Source: Azolla caroliniana
Taxonomy: Eukaryota; Plantae; Polypodiophyta
DNA: 64,000 nucleotides
Direction of reading: 5' to 3'
Assembly: GCA_043228905.1 (NCBI GenBank)
Contig: JBHGNT010000004.1
Coordinates: forward strand, 2,356,001 to 2,420,000
Part shown: positions 51,946 through 63,940 of the stretch, one piece after another
Layout: each line of letters starts with the position of its first letter
Numbering within the stretch: position 1 is the first letter of the stretch
Notes under the pieces: model-generated
What the model saw: the letters and a program-made list of their open reading frames with translations, nothing else
Databases searched by the model: none
What the model was told of the DNA's origin: nothing
Program-made: the position numbers and the translations under genes

Positions 51946-54900
51946 ATTTAGTTGAAATTATATTTCTATCATTATACTTTTACATGTAAATTCTCATCCA
52001 TGAGTGCTAAAATGAGTGACATGGTTAGCATGCACCACATGTAATACTTAAGCGCCAAATGGCAAACATGCAATTTATGCATGTCTTGTACCCTCACATG
52101 CATCATATGCATGAGAGCATCTATAAAAGAGGGAAGGGGGAGGAGAAAAACATGGTTTTTTTTATGAAAATTAAGAGGAAGAAATTCGTTTTGAAATCAA
52201 TCGTGTAATCTCATCTTCTCTCTTTCCCAATCTATCTTAAATACTTTCTCGCCAAAGCTTGTATCGACTCTAAATCCTTCTGGTCCAGAACCCCGGCGGT
52301 TCCGCCTCACGATCCGCGCGTAGTGACGGATCTTCACGACAACGCCAAGGGAGGCACCGGAACCGGTTCGGATGGAACCGGTCACAGAAGTCCCGACACA
52401 ACAGGCAACACCGACAAGCCCCGTAACTCAAGAGCCGGATATACAAAGACCAACCTTCCCAACCAGCCAAGAACAAGCAGACAAGGGGCGGCTAGCCGAA
52501 ACACACTCAGAGCCGGAACGACAAAGTGGTAAGCTGGCAGAACCAGAAGCGCAGCTTGACGCAGTAAGGCGGGACCAACCACCGACGAGTGAACCCATCA
52601 GCCAACTCTCTGTGCAAGCGCAACAACAATGCACCGGCAGCCAATGGCTGCGGTGGATAGGAGAACAAATTGCCGAAGTAGTCAGATGCATAGAGGCGGA
52701 GGAAAAAGCGCAAACGGAACGGTTGCTCGTCACAACCGATGAACTGGAGACGACCCGGTCAAGGATCCGGTGCCTCGAACAAGACTTGGATCGGATTACC
52801 GAAGACATGGCCAAAATGGGCCTAACCGCGATGCAGATCCAAGCACCGGTGACTCCGATTAATGTATAGAGGAATAAGACCCCGGAGACACAAACTGTCC
52901 CGGAGAAAGCTGTGGCACAAGCCCAAGAGCTTGCGGAATTACGAGATGAGCTTGCCACACAAGAAGCATTACGGAGCCGCGAACGCGACTTGAAGAAGGC
53001 GGCCGAAGAAGAATTAAAAAAGACTGCTGAGAACCTCTGCCAAGCAGAGGAAAACCTGCGTAAAGGACATCATGCTTACGACCGGCTGAAGGAGGAAAAA
53101 GAGAAATTGTTGTAGGAAAAAGACAAGCTGCGATGGATGGCGAAGACGGAAATCGAGAGGCTAAAGGAAGAGCTCCGTCAACAAAAGGACCGGGAGGACC
53201 GTGCGCGCCGGCAGATCAACCAAAGGTTGAAACAGAAGACCGATGATTTTGATCATCTGCATCGGGACTACAAGCAGCTGGAGACGGAGTATAAGCAACA
53301 GCAGGAACGGATGGCCGAGCTCCGGCAAGAAGTTGATAGGGCCACAACGGCACTCGCCGAAGAACGAGCTGAGAGTTCCAAGCTATTAGAGGAAGCGGCG
53401 AATGACTGGATGGCGCTCCACAAATAGAACCATGAAGACAAGGAAAGAGCGACAATGGTATTACAAAGGTTGCAAACAACCTATCAAAATCAATTGTCGC
53501 ATTATAGGGAGCAGGAGGCGGACACGGTCCGAATCATCAAGCAATTGAAAGAGGAGCGACAAGCCGCAGAAAATAAATCACTGATGGGAGTCGAACGGAT
53601 CCAGTGCATCCTCCGGTCATGGCTCACTAAGACCAAAAGCTTGATTGACGACAGCTCTGTGCGTTGGTGGGCGAAATGGGCGCAGAATACGACGGAACTC
53701 CAATTGCTCAGGGCGGACGTAGCAAACCGACGAAAGGAGGGTGACGACTGTTATACGCTGACCTCAGAGGACTTCACCGCCATAAGGGATGAGCTGGTCG
53801 AAGATTTCACAGCCCTGGCGGATGAACAATTGGTGCAGGTCTGGCAACTCGTAGCTCAACTGGACGACGATCGGTTGGAGGCTCAAATCCAGTTCGAGAG
53901 CTATGAGTGGTCCTGGCTGTGGGAAGAAAAAGCGAGAAAGGCGGCAACGGTCAACCTTAGTGATGAGGAACCGTTGCCGGTGCAAGGACCAGACGGGGAC
54001 CAGGCCAGGGTTAGTCAGCCACAAACAACTCCGACGGAGGAACCAACGAAGGAAACGTCGGTGCCAGAGCGACAAACGGAACCGCCCCAAACAGAGAAGG
54101 CACAAACGGAGTAACCACAGCCACAAACAGAACAACAGACACAACAACAGCAACCACAACAGATTCCCGACGAGCCATTGGACATTTTGGAGCAAAGCAT
54201 TCTGGACATTTTGGACGAAGCATAAAAGGGCCGGATAATGGGTTTGACGTACAAGGTACTGTCCCACGGGCGTGCCATGTGTTACCGGCTGGCAAGAAGG
54301 CTTAAGGAGGTCCAAATCAGAGTGTGAAAAGGAATAGTTTATTCGGGAACTATTGTAATTAGTAATCTTAAAATATATAGTAATATATGAGAAGATGTGG
54401 ACAGACGGACCGGAATCGGTATGCCGATCCGGATCCGGAACGATCCCGTAAAGGTGCCGGTTGGCACTGTTTTGTATTTCGCACCAGAGACCTATATAAA
54501 GGCCCGGTGACAATGTGATTAGGAGCGGATAATTAATAGAACTTATTGCTTTAATCTTTCAGCATTGATTACCGTTCTGTACTCATTGTTATATCTTACG
54601 CGTGTTAATGATGTGTTGCTAAGTAATCGATTAATGTCTAATTAAGCGTTGTGCCGTAAGTCATTCTGCTGTACCACCCTTTGGTGAAGTGTCTTAAGTG
54701 AACACCCTGTGTTAGGTTGTTGTCCGGCCCTAGGAGTAACAAACAAAAGATAGTTGAACTACTAACATCCAATAGGTTGATATAAAATGATGGCAAAACA
54801 ATCATATGCACTGATTATGAAGGAAAGCGAGGAGGGGAGGATATGAAGAACCCATAGTTATGGGAAAAATCCATGTAGTTGCAAACGAAGCACTGCAAGT

Positions 54901-57599
54901 TGTTCTACCCAACAATAAAGATATGATGTCAATGATGTTGTGCAAGGACATCTTGAAGGTGTTTTCCATGTTCCATGAGTGAGTTTTAATTCACATTTTT
55001 ATTGGCAGAAGTCCTTATGATAAATTGGGCTTGTTAATGGTAAAATGCTATGGTGGGTAGAAACAATGTGGAAGATGTTTACAAAGGTCTAAGAGCATTT
55101 TGTAAGGTTATATTTTGAACTGAGGAACAACACAATAGATTGTTGTCTTGTATTCCGTCTTCTTCAACTACAATTTGGTTTAAATTTTCCTTTAGAGACC
55201 ATTGGCCGAGTTTCAATAGATTTGAAACAAGATTGCCCAATATGGGCTGAGGTTGAATGTAAATAATAGTTTTTGTGGCCCATAATACATATTATAATGG
55301 AACATTTGGATGTAGGAAAAGGGAAGGGTGTAGTTATTTTGGAACAAAAAGCCAAAGTTGTTGAAGAAAAGTGACTAGATTTAATGAATGAGGATGGACC
55401 TCCGATCAAATGGGGTCCTAATGTTAATCATTCAAAATAAAAAAGGGAGAAAATATAAGGACAAAAAGGGCAAGAGAGGGCAAATCCTCTTGAAATTCTA
55501 CGGGGAGTCAAAACCATGGGAACAATCACATTACTAAGTCATATGGAGGCAACGGTTCAAATGGCACACAATGAGATGGGCTCTAACATGTAATAGTGTA
55601 CAATTTCCTTATTTAATAAAGAATATGGTTTTGTGACTACGTGCAAAATAGGTAGTATAATTGTGAAGCATGAGCCTCCACATTTTTCCTATGTCGTGAT
55701 ACATTAGCTTCGCAAAAATGTCTCATTTACAGATATGCATCACAAAGCAAGTGTATTGCATCCCATCTTCCAAACCAATTTTTTATATCTTGCATCCAAT
55801 TAGAACACAAAAATTGCTTTTATGTCTTTTTCACATAGATAGATAAAACATTTTCTTAATGTCCACAAGAGACCCCTAAAACCCCAAGTAAGTGGAAGGA
55901 AGTGGAGTGGAGAAGAAGTTGATTAAGAAAATTTCATAAAACCCTAATGGTGCACTCTTGAAACACAAAATGCGTGACCCGAAATAAGCCCTCTTCTCTT
56001 CCTTTTATAGAAAAAGAGGCACCTAATTTCGACATTTAATGCTTTTATTGCCTTTTTTCTTTAGAAATACAAAATGAGAATAGTTCCTTAATACGCGTGC
56101 TTGCAAAGATTAGGGCCATTTACCCTCGCTTGTGATCATAGTACGTAAAATTCGTGTTCGTCTAGCATAACATTCGTTTTCCGTTGGAAAACGAATGCGA
56201 ATGTTATTCAAACATTCTTGTGTTTTTTTTCCTTTTTTTAGGCTTATTTACCTCATAAAAAATAGTTAATCCAAAAGTATGGTATTTATCATTCTTTGAG
56301 GGTGTTTTTCTTACGTGAATGATTGAACCATTCACGAATGCGAATGCAAGCATGGTACGTATGATTCATACCATGCTTGTCATATATATATTTATGTATA
56401 TACATATCTTCTTGTGAAGTGGGAGACATTTACAAGTCATTGGTTTGGATGTGGTGAATGGGGCCACTTTATGTTTGAATACCAACATCATCCTCCGTCT
56501 ATGGAGATCCCAAATGAAGGGGTTGGTCAAGAATGAGTTAGATTTTAAGAAAGCTTATGATCTATGTATATAGTGGGTTTTGGATCATGTGTCGCCTTAT
56601 ATTTTCATTAGGGCAATATATTGTATCGTGACGAATTATCGTTACATTAGATATTTCCTTCGTGAGATGTTCTAGTCAAGTGGGCTCACTTGGTCCATTG
56701 TTGTTTGTTATAGTTATTCATCCCTAGTTGGTGATTGCCTTATTGAGGCTTGCAACTAATGATTATATTGTGGGTCTACACGTTCCGCGTAGGGACAATT
56801 GGTAGATGCTTATTTCATGTTTCTACAAGCCTCACATGAGAATCTTGAGAAGGGAATGCGCATACAAGACTATTTTCCTTGGCATACAAATTGCATTTCA
56901 ATTAGAAGAAGTCACATCTTAGGGACTTCAAATGTCTAGATGGGCGAGAAGTATATGTAGTTGGTATCAATTGGGAGTGAATATAACAAATGACAAACTA
57001 ATTGAATGGATGATTAACAAGTTGAAGGATAAGTTCATGTAGTTGAATTCGCCAAATTGGCCATTTCATGTATGCCTTGGGAGTTGTACAAAGCGTCTTA
57101 TGCTAGTATGGACCAAGAAGGCTTTGCATTCCATTTTGCAGTCTTGTCATTGCTTGTTTTAGAGAAAGAGGGATAATATAGGGATCACATGGATTACATA
57201 GAACCATATAACAACTCGTAAGTGCTAATAGGAAGTTGCAATATCGGATTCATCTACTGTCACAACCGTGGATATTTATTGTTTAATATTTCATCGAGAA
57301 GAAGGGTGTAACTCATAGGAGGGCAATGTGTCATGAGCTCAACACTTGGTTGTCTCACCACACAAAAGTGTTCTCCTTATTATTATGGACGTGAATCACT
57401 TAGTAGAAAGCATTGTAATCCCTCACACCTCCTCAATTATGATGATGGCCAACATGGGAAGGTGAGATCGGGCCCTCAATTTAATTCTTGTTTCATTTGG
57501 GGCTCAAAGAAGTGGGATATGTAGTTGAGTTGTGACCTTAAAGATTATCAGATGTACATAGTTAAACTGCAATTTGGCCACTGCCTCTCTATCTAACAA

Positions 57600-57862
57600 A
57601 AGCCCATTCTAAATTGGCCCCAAGTGGTGCCCATTCTAAACTTCCCCCAAATGTGGTCCCCATTCTGAACTGGCCCCAAATGGTGCCCATTCTAAACTTC
57701 CCCCAAATGTGGTACCCATTCTAAACTGGCCCCAAATGGTGCCCATTCTAAACTTCCCTCAAATGTGGTACCCATTCTAAACTGCCCACAGATGGTGCCC
57801 ATTCTAAACTACCCCCATATGTGGTGCCCATTCTAAACTGCCCACAAAAGTGGTGCCCATTT
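57600..57862. repeat. Minisatellite of about 12 units of 21-23 bp, consensus near TGGTGCCCATTCTAAACT..CCCCAAA
   Basis: Core CCCATTCT(A/G)AA is repeated head-to-tail and ends about 45 bp before the TATA-like CTATAAAT at about 57904. Confidence 0.92.
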
Positions 57863-58009
57863 TGCACTATTGTGTTTTTTTTTCTACACACATCAGATGA
57901 CTGCTATAAATGTAGTTGCATATTATGTATCTCTTCCAGAGCCACACAAATATACGAGAAAGACACAGAAGAAGCAGAAGCAGAAGAAGAAGAAGAAGAG
58001 GCGAGGGCC

Positions 58010-61000
58010 ATGGCAACAACAACACAACTGAACAATGGAGCTTCAATGCCATTGCTTGGCTTTGGAACTGCAGGTGCTGCTAACCATGACATTATCAAGT
58101 CTTCCGTCACCGCTGCCATCCAGGTGATGCATACAGACGAAACCTTAATACCAAAAACCCGAAAATTCCAAAACTTGAAGCCCCAAACCCTAAAGCTTGA
58201 TTTAAAACTATGAACAGTAAATCGTAGTTCTAAACCCCACACCCAAACTCCAAATCATAACCCTAACCCTATGTGTGTGGTGGATTTTTTTATTATTGCG
58301 TACATATGTCACTCCATTCTCCCTTTCTCTAAATCTTCTTTCTTGAGTAGATGGGCTATCGTCATATCGACACTGCAAGCCTTTACAGAAGTGAGACAGC
58401 GATCGGCGAAGCCCTGTCCGAGGCATTTGATTCGGGTCTCATTCGGCGTGAGGAAATGTTTGTTACATCCAAAGTATGGTGCTCTGAGGTGGATGATGTG
58501 CTTTCCGCCATCAAGAGGAGTTTGAGGTACTTTCTTTTATGGTGGTTTAAGAGGAGTGCTTGCTTTATCCATTGCTGCTTATGGTGGTTTTGAGCTTGAT
58601 TTCATGGTTGAGTACAGATTTTTGAATGTGGAGAAAAACTCTCGATTCTTTTATTTCTAGATTTCATCTAAGAACCAATGTTAAGCACACAATTTAAATT
58701 TTCCTCATGTTTTTGCTTTCCTTTCATATGTTTTTCGTTTTCTTGTTTGTTTCAGCTAGTAATAATACCAACTAACCATAAATTTGAATGCATTTTCATG
58801 TCCTTGCCTAGTGCCTAAATTTGATGGAAATAATGCGAACTTTTAAAAATACAATTTAATGAATTTAGATGTTGTTGTTTTGTTTCTGGTTTCTGGATTT
58901 CATCAAGTATCTTTGAGCAAAATCTTCTTGTTGGTTTCATCTAGTAATAAGGCCAACTAACCACAAACTTTAATCCTTGCTTAGTGTCTGGATTTGATGC
59001 AAATAATGTGAAGTTTTAAGCATACAATTTAGTGGCTTTAGATGTTTGGTCTTTCGTTTCTGCTTTCTGGATTTCATGTAAGTACCTTAAGTACATAATT
59101 CAATGCTTATCCTTATGGATGTAGGGCTATCTATTATCAATCCTTTCAAATATGTTTACCGTGTGCATGTGGAATATTTTGTAAGGAATTGCAATCTTGT
59201 TTCCTTGTTCTGATGCAAATTCATTGACATTTTCATGTTGTCAGTTCCTTTGAAGCATGTCTGAGGTAATGCTTATCACGTTTGTTCTAGTATTGAACTC
59301 ACAATCCAGTGTAAAATGGTTACCGATCATGTTTGTTCTAGTATTGAACTCTTGATTCAGAGTAAAATGGTTATTTATCATGTTTGTTCTAGTATTGAAT
59401 TCTCAATTCTGCGTGAAATGGTTTTTCATGAAAATAAAGCTTCTTTTCCATTTATTCTGGATTCTATTGAAATGGAGATCTCGAACATTGTTTGAAGTGC
59501 ATCTCAGGTTTTCAGTTATCAGGAATCTTTTACGCATTTTCTCCTATGACTGCCAAGTGATGGATGCATTGTAATATACTTCGTAACAGACATTATCTTA
59601 TTGAACAGTGCTTTGAAGCTTGAGTACTTGGATTTGTACCTCATACACTGGCCTCTGAAGTTCTCTACAGGGGTTATAATGTCGCCTAAGGTAGAGCAGG
59701 TACAACCTTTGGACATCCCTAAGACATGGACAGCTATGGAGGAATGTGTACAGTTAGGGTTGACCAAAGCTATTGGCGTCAGCAATTTCTCCTCCAAGAA
59801 AATCCTGGACCTGCTTCAGATAGCTAATATTGTGCCTGCAGTGAATCAAGTGGGTTTAGGGATACATAAACACATGCATAGATGCATGGCCTTAAGGACA
59901 CATGCATGTACATGCATGCACAAAGACCTACATGCATAGAGGGTCACACATTCATAGACATATACATATGCAGGCAGTCATGGCATGCCCTATTTACATT
60001 TCATAGCAAGTTGTGAATTGTTTCGGTCTATGTATGTACACTAAAAAGGAAAACTGCAAGCATGCATGCATATACAGACACCACATTGTGTGCAAACACA
60101 TGCATGCAGGTACGTATAGACACATACACATCTACACATCTACACATGTGTACACCATATTCACATACACGTGCATGCAAACATTCATAGACATACACAC
60201 CTATGCATATACACATATGTCATAAAGACACGTGCATTTGTGCATATGCAAATGTTATAGAGACACAATCATATGCATACACTATTTATGAATGCATATA
60301 CACTAAGACACATGCATATATAGTATGTACGTTTATCTATTTATGCGTATGTGTAATAAATGCCATTTTCTATTTTGGCAAGATATGGGTTTCTCCTATG
60401 TGTACACTAGGTTGTACTTTATGTCTTTATATAATGATGGTAGCTATAGTGTTTCTATGTGTATGTCTGCGCACGTGCATGCGCATATAACGGATCAATC
60501 GTTTCATTTTGCTTAAAAGATGTATTTGTTCTATGTGTATTGTCTGTGGAGGTGAACCAGATTGTTCATTTCATTTTGCTTAGAAGATGTATTTGTTTTT
60601 TAATGTCTTTAAGAATTCTTTCTTGTCTGATCTCAACATATATATTTAGGTACGGATGAGCCCAATATTCCAACAAAATTTTCTAAGAAAGATTTGCAAG
60701 GAAGCCAATATTCATGTTAGTGCTTGGGCCCCACTTGGAGCTCCAAAACAAAAGTGGGGTTCTTTTGATGTGCTTGAACACCCCACCATCAACGAGATAT
60801 CCATAAAACATGGGAAAAGCCCTGCGCAGGTTTGTAGAGATTCCCCATCTTTGGGGATCTTGAGTAATTGTTTTTGAAAAGCATAGGGGTATTTTGGTAG
60901 TGTTTTGAAGATTGAGTGTAGTTAAGTCATTTTTGAACAGTCCTTTCCAAATTTTGGAAAGAAAAGGTATTGTTGTAAATATACGACAATTAGTGTTCTT

Positions 61001-61318
61001 TCCGAGTATAAAATTTCCATTCCCCTCTTGTTGCAAATGTTATAACCTAGGCTTTTTTAACCTGTTGTCTTTTTCTATTTGTTTGGGTGGTTTTAGGTGG
61101 CACTAAGATGGGTAATTGAGCAAGGATCTAGCGTTCTTCCAAAAAGCTATAATGAGGCAAGGATTCTTGAAAACTCCCAGATTTTTGATTGGGAACTAAC
61201 TAGTGAAGATCACAAGAAAATTGCAACAATAGACCAAAAACATAATGCACCGGGTATATTTTTGGAAGATGGGAGTACTTACAATGTTGGACTTTGGGAT
61301 GAAGAATATGCTATTTGA
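58010..61318 (+). CDS. Aldo-keto reductase (plant AKR4-like)
   Basis: Exons 58010-58123, 58351-58526, 59609-59849, 60650-60829, 61097-61318. [19 protein letters not shown] (Asp, Tyr), TSKVW (Lys), LDLYLIHWP (His), AIGVSNF and LPKS; catalytic tetrad intact. Confidence 0.95.
59270..59430. repeat. Three tandem units of about 52 bp in an AKR intron
   Basis: TTTGTTCTAGTATTGAA(C/T)TC...AAATGGTT occurs three times. Confidence 0.85.
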
Positions 61319-62469
61319 TAATCCTTTGTAATTGGAATGATGCAATAGAAATCTTTAGTCTTAACTTTAGGCAATAATTCATAATCTAAATGATTGGTAT
61401 GTCTTCACCTAAATGTCAAATAATTAATGAATATCCCTTCGAGGTCAGGCCTAGATGGCTGTAACAATTTCTACCATACATAAATAGTATATTTGGAATG
61501 TTAATGTCACACAAGTATCAATCCAGTTGAGATCATGCATTTATTTCTTCTTAGTGTTCATGCTTGAGCTAAGGTCCAGTCTTATGTGCATTTAGGTGAC
61601 ATAATAATATTTGTGGGCATATCGTTTTCCCTTTTCCTCATGGGAGAATTTTACATCTCTTTAATACATGTTTGGTGTTTAGTGGCACATGCATGTACGC
61701 GTCATATCCAGACACTCAAATGAGCACAAGAGGGTTTTCTGCTATTCAACTGCACCTTGTAATTTTCTTTTTACAATTGTTTGAAAGGGGTTCTATTGAT
61801 CTCGTGAATGCAGATCTCCAAAGCTTTGTCCAAATACATTTCATCTCCCTCTTTTATATGGTTGAATGAAGTGGGCAGGATGGGGGCTCTATTTATATCA
61901 AATTCAGTAAAAGTTCAATGAAGGTTTTAAATTTTAATCGTGCTCTTAATAGGCTTATTCAATTATATCTCGTGATCAATAAATATTCACAAAGCTTTAA
62001 TCATAGTTATATTTTGTAGTTGTGCAAAGTTTTTTCACATTTGTGTGTGGAATGATATATTAATGAAAGTGGTATATTTATGTATTGTATAGCATTAATA
62101 TTTTTACGAGAAAGCAAAGTGTGGTACTGGTGACTGATATTGTTCCCAGAAACCCCAACAATTATAAACCCTACAAACAACCTATATCTGTTAAACTGTC
62201 AGCCATAGCACTAACCTTGCATGACTCATCTTTCCTTGGGTAAGGGTGGGTCATCTACATATTTTGGAATTGGATTCTTCTTGTTTTGTAAAATTTTCTT
62301 TTCTTACCAAATATGTAATACAAATTTAATGTTAGCTATTTAATGAAGTAATTGGCATGACTTTGAATTATTAGAAATATCGGTTAGATTAATGTTTTAA
62401 TACTTGTAATATATGTAGTTGGTTTAGATGGCCAACTAATTTAGGCAAGCATGTAATATTGGGAATTGT

Positions 62470-63940
62470 GCCTCACCTATCCCTAGGCAATATTCTTATA
62501 CAATTTACCGTCAGATCTTTTCTGATTTGGAAGTCAAAACGTTGTCACGAAGTTTCGTGCGCGTGTTACTCGAGCGGGACCATAGGGGTCCCAGTCTAGG
62601 GAGCAAGAAGGGATGGAGAAGGATGGAGTTTTGCTAATCGATTAAGACTACTTGCCATGCAAGGGTTCGTTGCCCCTTTTGTGGGCGTGGCTTTCGTTGA
62701 CAACGACTCGTCGGGCTTTTGAGTTCACCGAACGAGTGAACAGATGGGTACACGAGTGAACGAGATTGCAAACACGAAAAAAAAAACACAAACGAATGCT
62801 CATACACCTTTATGTGGAAAGGAGGTGCATGGGCATATACGAAATGCTCCCTCGTCAGAAGGCGGTCGAACATACAAAGAAGACACAAAACACACACACA
62901 AATGCTCGTGAGCCTTTATGAGGAGGAGAGGTGCATGGGCATGCCCGAAACGCGCCCTCGTCACTAGACGGCTGAACGTACAAGGGGACGAGAATAAAGA
63001 AAGAAAACACGAATGATATTGGCTAAAGAAAGAAAAAAATAAAGGTGTGTTCCATTCCAACACAAGAGTGCCCTTTATAAAATAGGATTGGATTACAAGA
63101 AAGAAGTTAGGAAGAAGGGGGGGGGTTACAAAGTGGCAACTTCTAGTTAGTCACAAGCTCAACAAAACACAAATAGTGAATGCCCTTTGAGACGAGAGTA
63201 AATTGAAACACCGAGCACAAACATGAAGAAGACAAGCACGACGAGCACACGGGCACGCAAACACCACCACCAACACGAAGAAGATGAGCACCATGACAAA
63301 GAGGGGATTAAAGGGTATGAAAAAAGTTAAAGTAAGAGTTTCTCCCCACAACGACGAAGATGAAGATGAAGAGCTGTCAAACGAAAATGGCGATAGTCTC
63401 CTCCTCCGAAAAAAGTCCTCCCCTAAAATGAGCCCCCTCGACCTCCTTTTATAGGAAAAAAGGGGGGGGGGGGGCACCTTTGTATTTAATGCAAGAAAAG
63501 GAGTAAGTCTCCTAAAATTATGCTGAACCATCAAATTTGATTCAAATTGTGCACCTCTAGCTCAAGATTAATGGCTCTAACCACTTAACTATAACCCTCT
63601 CTTAAATAATGGTTAACTCTATATTTATAAATACATGGTGTCTCCTGCTCTCTCCTACTTTTCATTTCTCCTCTCTCTTACTTTTCCCACCGTCACGATT
63701 TTCTGTGCCTCATGTGCACCCTTCATTTTCCATTTCTTTTGCACCATTTTATTTGTGCATGTGCACAAACAATTGCCCTTTCGTGCACGCACATTGCACA
63801 TTCGCACTGCAGCCCTTGTCCATCGGTTTTTCCCACACTAAGCGCACCACATCATGACAACGTGGCCGCCCATTATCTAAATACACTCTAAACATTGCAT
63901 TGGGAAGTGATTCTGTAAATGTATCTTCCATGTCAATAAG
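62470..63940 (-). pseudogene. infA: Plastid-derived infA (IF-1) fragment (NUPT) split by a solo LTR
   Basis: 63940-63860 reads LIDMEDTFTESLPNAMFRVYLDNG. Beyond the insertion, 62542-62470 has a frameshifted VLT...NCIRILPRDR, matching the IF-1 pattern ESLPN..FRV.LDN...SGKIR...IRILPGDRV. Confidence 0.75.
62543..63859 (-). mobile_element. Solo LTR (1317 bp) with 4-bp TSD ACGT
   Basis: TGTCACGA...TCATGACA termini; ACGT at 62539-62542 and 63860-63863. Minus-strand CCTATAAAAGGAGG is identical to the TATA region of the solo LTR at 44073. Confidence 0.85.

Larger units (their letters stand above)
43926..52341 (+). mobile_element. Inner Ty3/gypsy LTR retrotransposon with near-intact coding region
   Basis: 12-bp terminal inverted repeat TGTCGTGAAGAT...ATCTTCACGACA; 4-bp TSD ACGC at 43922-43925 and 52342-52345; LTRs 43926-45635 (containing a solo LTR) and about 51437-52341. 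Confidence 0.96.
43001..54114 (+). pseudogene. Extra 3' ORF of the outer element (about 897 codons when reconstructed, coiled-coil rich), split by the inner element
   Basis: 43001-43925 joins 52346-54114 in frame (HPT-P-REAPEPVRMEP) once the inner element and one 4-bp TSD copy are removed. Four in-frame TAG stops at 43355, 52867, 53113 and 53425. Confidence 0.8.
36496..54741 (+). mobile_element. Outer Ty3/gypsy LTR retrotransposon (decayed, no chromodomain seen, extra 3' ORF) hosting nested insertions
   Basis: Direct repeats 36496-36897 and 54280-54741. The 3' LTR is TGTTAC...GTAACA (462 bp); the 5' LTR lacks about the first 60 bp. Domain order gag-PR-RT-RH-IN. Confidence 0.93.

Noticed and set aside
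56347-56379. 11-bp hairpin CAAGCATGGTA/TACCATGCTTG as a transposon end
   Set aside because: No matching other end or TSD was found.
57600-57862. CRISPR-like array
   Set aside because: Units are head-to-tail with no unique spacers, no cas genes are present, and the context is eukaryotic.
59860-60640. His/Thr/Tyr/Cys-rich ORFs in an AKR intron
   Set aside because: Degenerate CA/TA/TG dinucleotide-rich intron sequence.
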